A DNA stretch of 63,523 nt, counting the filler, from Choristocarpus tenellus KU-1152 (Eukaryota; Protista; Phaeophyceae): the NCBI GenBank assembly GCA_964200185.2. It is 11 parts of 11 records of this genome, joined end to end, with 100 filler letters (N's around TTAATTAATTAA, not from the genome) between each part and the next. Parts side by side here need not be neighbours in the genome. Positions count along the whole stretch, not along the records: positions 60,497 to 63,523 come from CAXNAD020022841.1; 10 more parts are not named here. One strand, given 5' to 3'. This document shows, in pieces, positions 62,528-63,523 of the stretch; within the stretch, counting starts at the first letter, position 1; each line of letters opens with the position of its first letter. A model generated the notes under the pieces. It ran no database searches. It had not been told where the DNA came from and saw only the letters and a program-made list of their open reading frames with translations. The position numbers and the translations under genes are program-made.

Positions 62528-63523
62528 GTGAGAAGTCCAAAAGATACCCTGGGTCATCGACTCTTGAAGCTAGGGGTGTCCAGTGCAAACAGAGACGAGA
62601 GAGTACATGGAAATATTAGGCGTGCTTATGGTTGTATTTTTTTTTTGTCAATTTTATTTATTTGGTGTAGTGGATTTTGTTGTGCTTGTACTTACTGAGC
62701 ACGCTCACCCGAAGTAGAGTCCTTCACCAAAAAATGTATGTTCAGTATATTTTTGTGTGATTGTACTAGTGGAGGTGAGTCCAGAAATAGAGTCTCATCT
62801 GATGTATGGGGTTTTCTGTGCAAACCCTTTCGCCGTCCCACTTTCATATGAGTTTGTTGACACGTGATCTGGAGAAGTGGAGGCATGAGGAAACAGTCAT
62901 CTCTGGGGAAGTAAATATAGCCAAGAAAATAAGAGAATTGTGGTGTACCGATCTTGAGGACAAATCAAAGATTCCCACCAACCTGATACTGGGGGGATCA
63001 GCAGATTGGTTTGATGTTGTTGATTATGCCGTCAGTATCTATCTGTATGTACATAACCGATGATGGTATACTTTGTACTGCCATCAGTCTCTTTTACGGT
63101 TTTGACTGTTCCACCGGCTCCCATCAATTCCTTGTTTACTTCCTTGTTTATCTCAGAGGAAGGAATCCTTTTGTTTATTGTTTTGTGTGCAACTGTGTTT
63201 GAGGGGCTTTTGTAACCCCTTTTACTTCTGTGAGATTACTGTAGCACCATGAACCTGATTCCTACAGACACCTCATTGCACTTATGTTGAAGAAGAGGAG
63301 ATGGTCAGGGGGGTTAAGGGCTTGGAAGGGGGGGGACTGTGTTTTGATGCCAGGGATTAGAGGGGGGTAAGGGTTATTTGGTGAAAGTTTAGGCGAGTCC
63401 TTGCTTTTTGAGTATGTAGGGTTAGTGCGTTTTGAAAAGGCAGGAGAGGTTGCTGGTAGGTGGATGGTAGCAATTGTGGTCAGGAAGAACAAAGGCCATG
63501 GTTTGACTGATCGTCCTCTCCCC

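Noticed and set aside
1-63523. tRNA/rRNA genes and most short ORFs in the supplied track
   Set aside because: I recognised no cloverleaf or rRNA motif by eye (tRNAscan-SE or Infernal would be decisive). Most 60-120-aa ORFs are antisense, intronic or TE-derived and use non-ATG starts that are unlikely in a eukaryote.

Overview
This is eukaryotic nuclear DNA, most consistent with a brown-alga-like stramenopile. The evidence is GT/GC-AG spliced genes with long introns, TTAGGG motifs and a heterokont-type plastid-targeting motif. The window is not one locus. It is 11 contigs joined by ten identical 100-nt artificial spacers (N44-TTAATTAATTAA-N44), so adjacency across spacers carries no biological meaning. 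Spliced genes I could rebuild by hand: the 3' part of a PDIA6/P5-type disulfide isomerase (one GC-AG intron); the 5' part of a PPR protein, head-to-head with an RNASEK/V-ATPase subunit f homolog; a complete 4-exon J-domain protein; a small membrane protein head-to-head with a CPT2-like carnitine acyltransferase; a terminal exon ending in a CaaX box; a bacterial-type uridine kinase; and two exons of a DHA1-like MFS transporter. The rest is mostly decayed transposons (copia, LINE, Tc1/IS630, hAT), MITE families and tandem arrays. The best candidate for something undescribed is the contig at 48523-51258. It holds an intron-containing, frameshifted ParB/Srx-like gene (LDGNHR motif) with a dimeric tandem array in its intron and palindromes plus ~175-bp repeats upstream. 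Also notable are MITEs with GRG termini and 4-bp target duplications (Sola2-like), and a strong excess of short interstitial TTAGGG tracts, two of them inside MITE ends. All homology calls come from motif recognition by eye, not from database searches.
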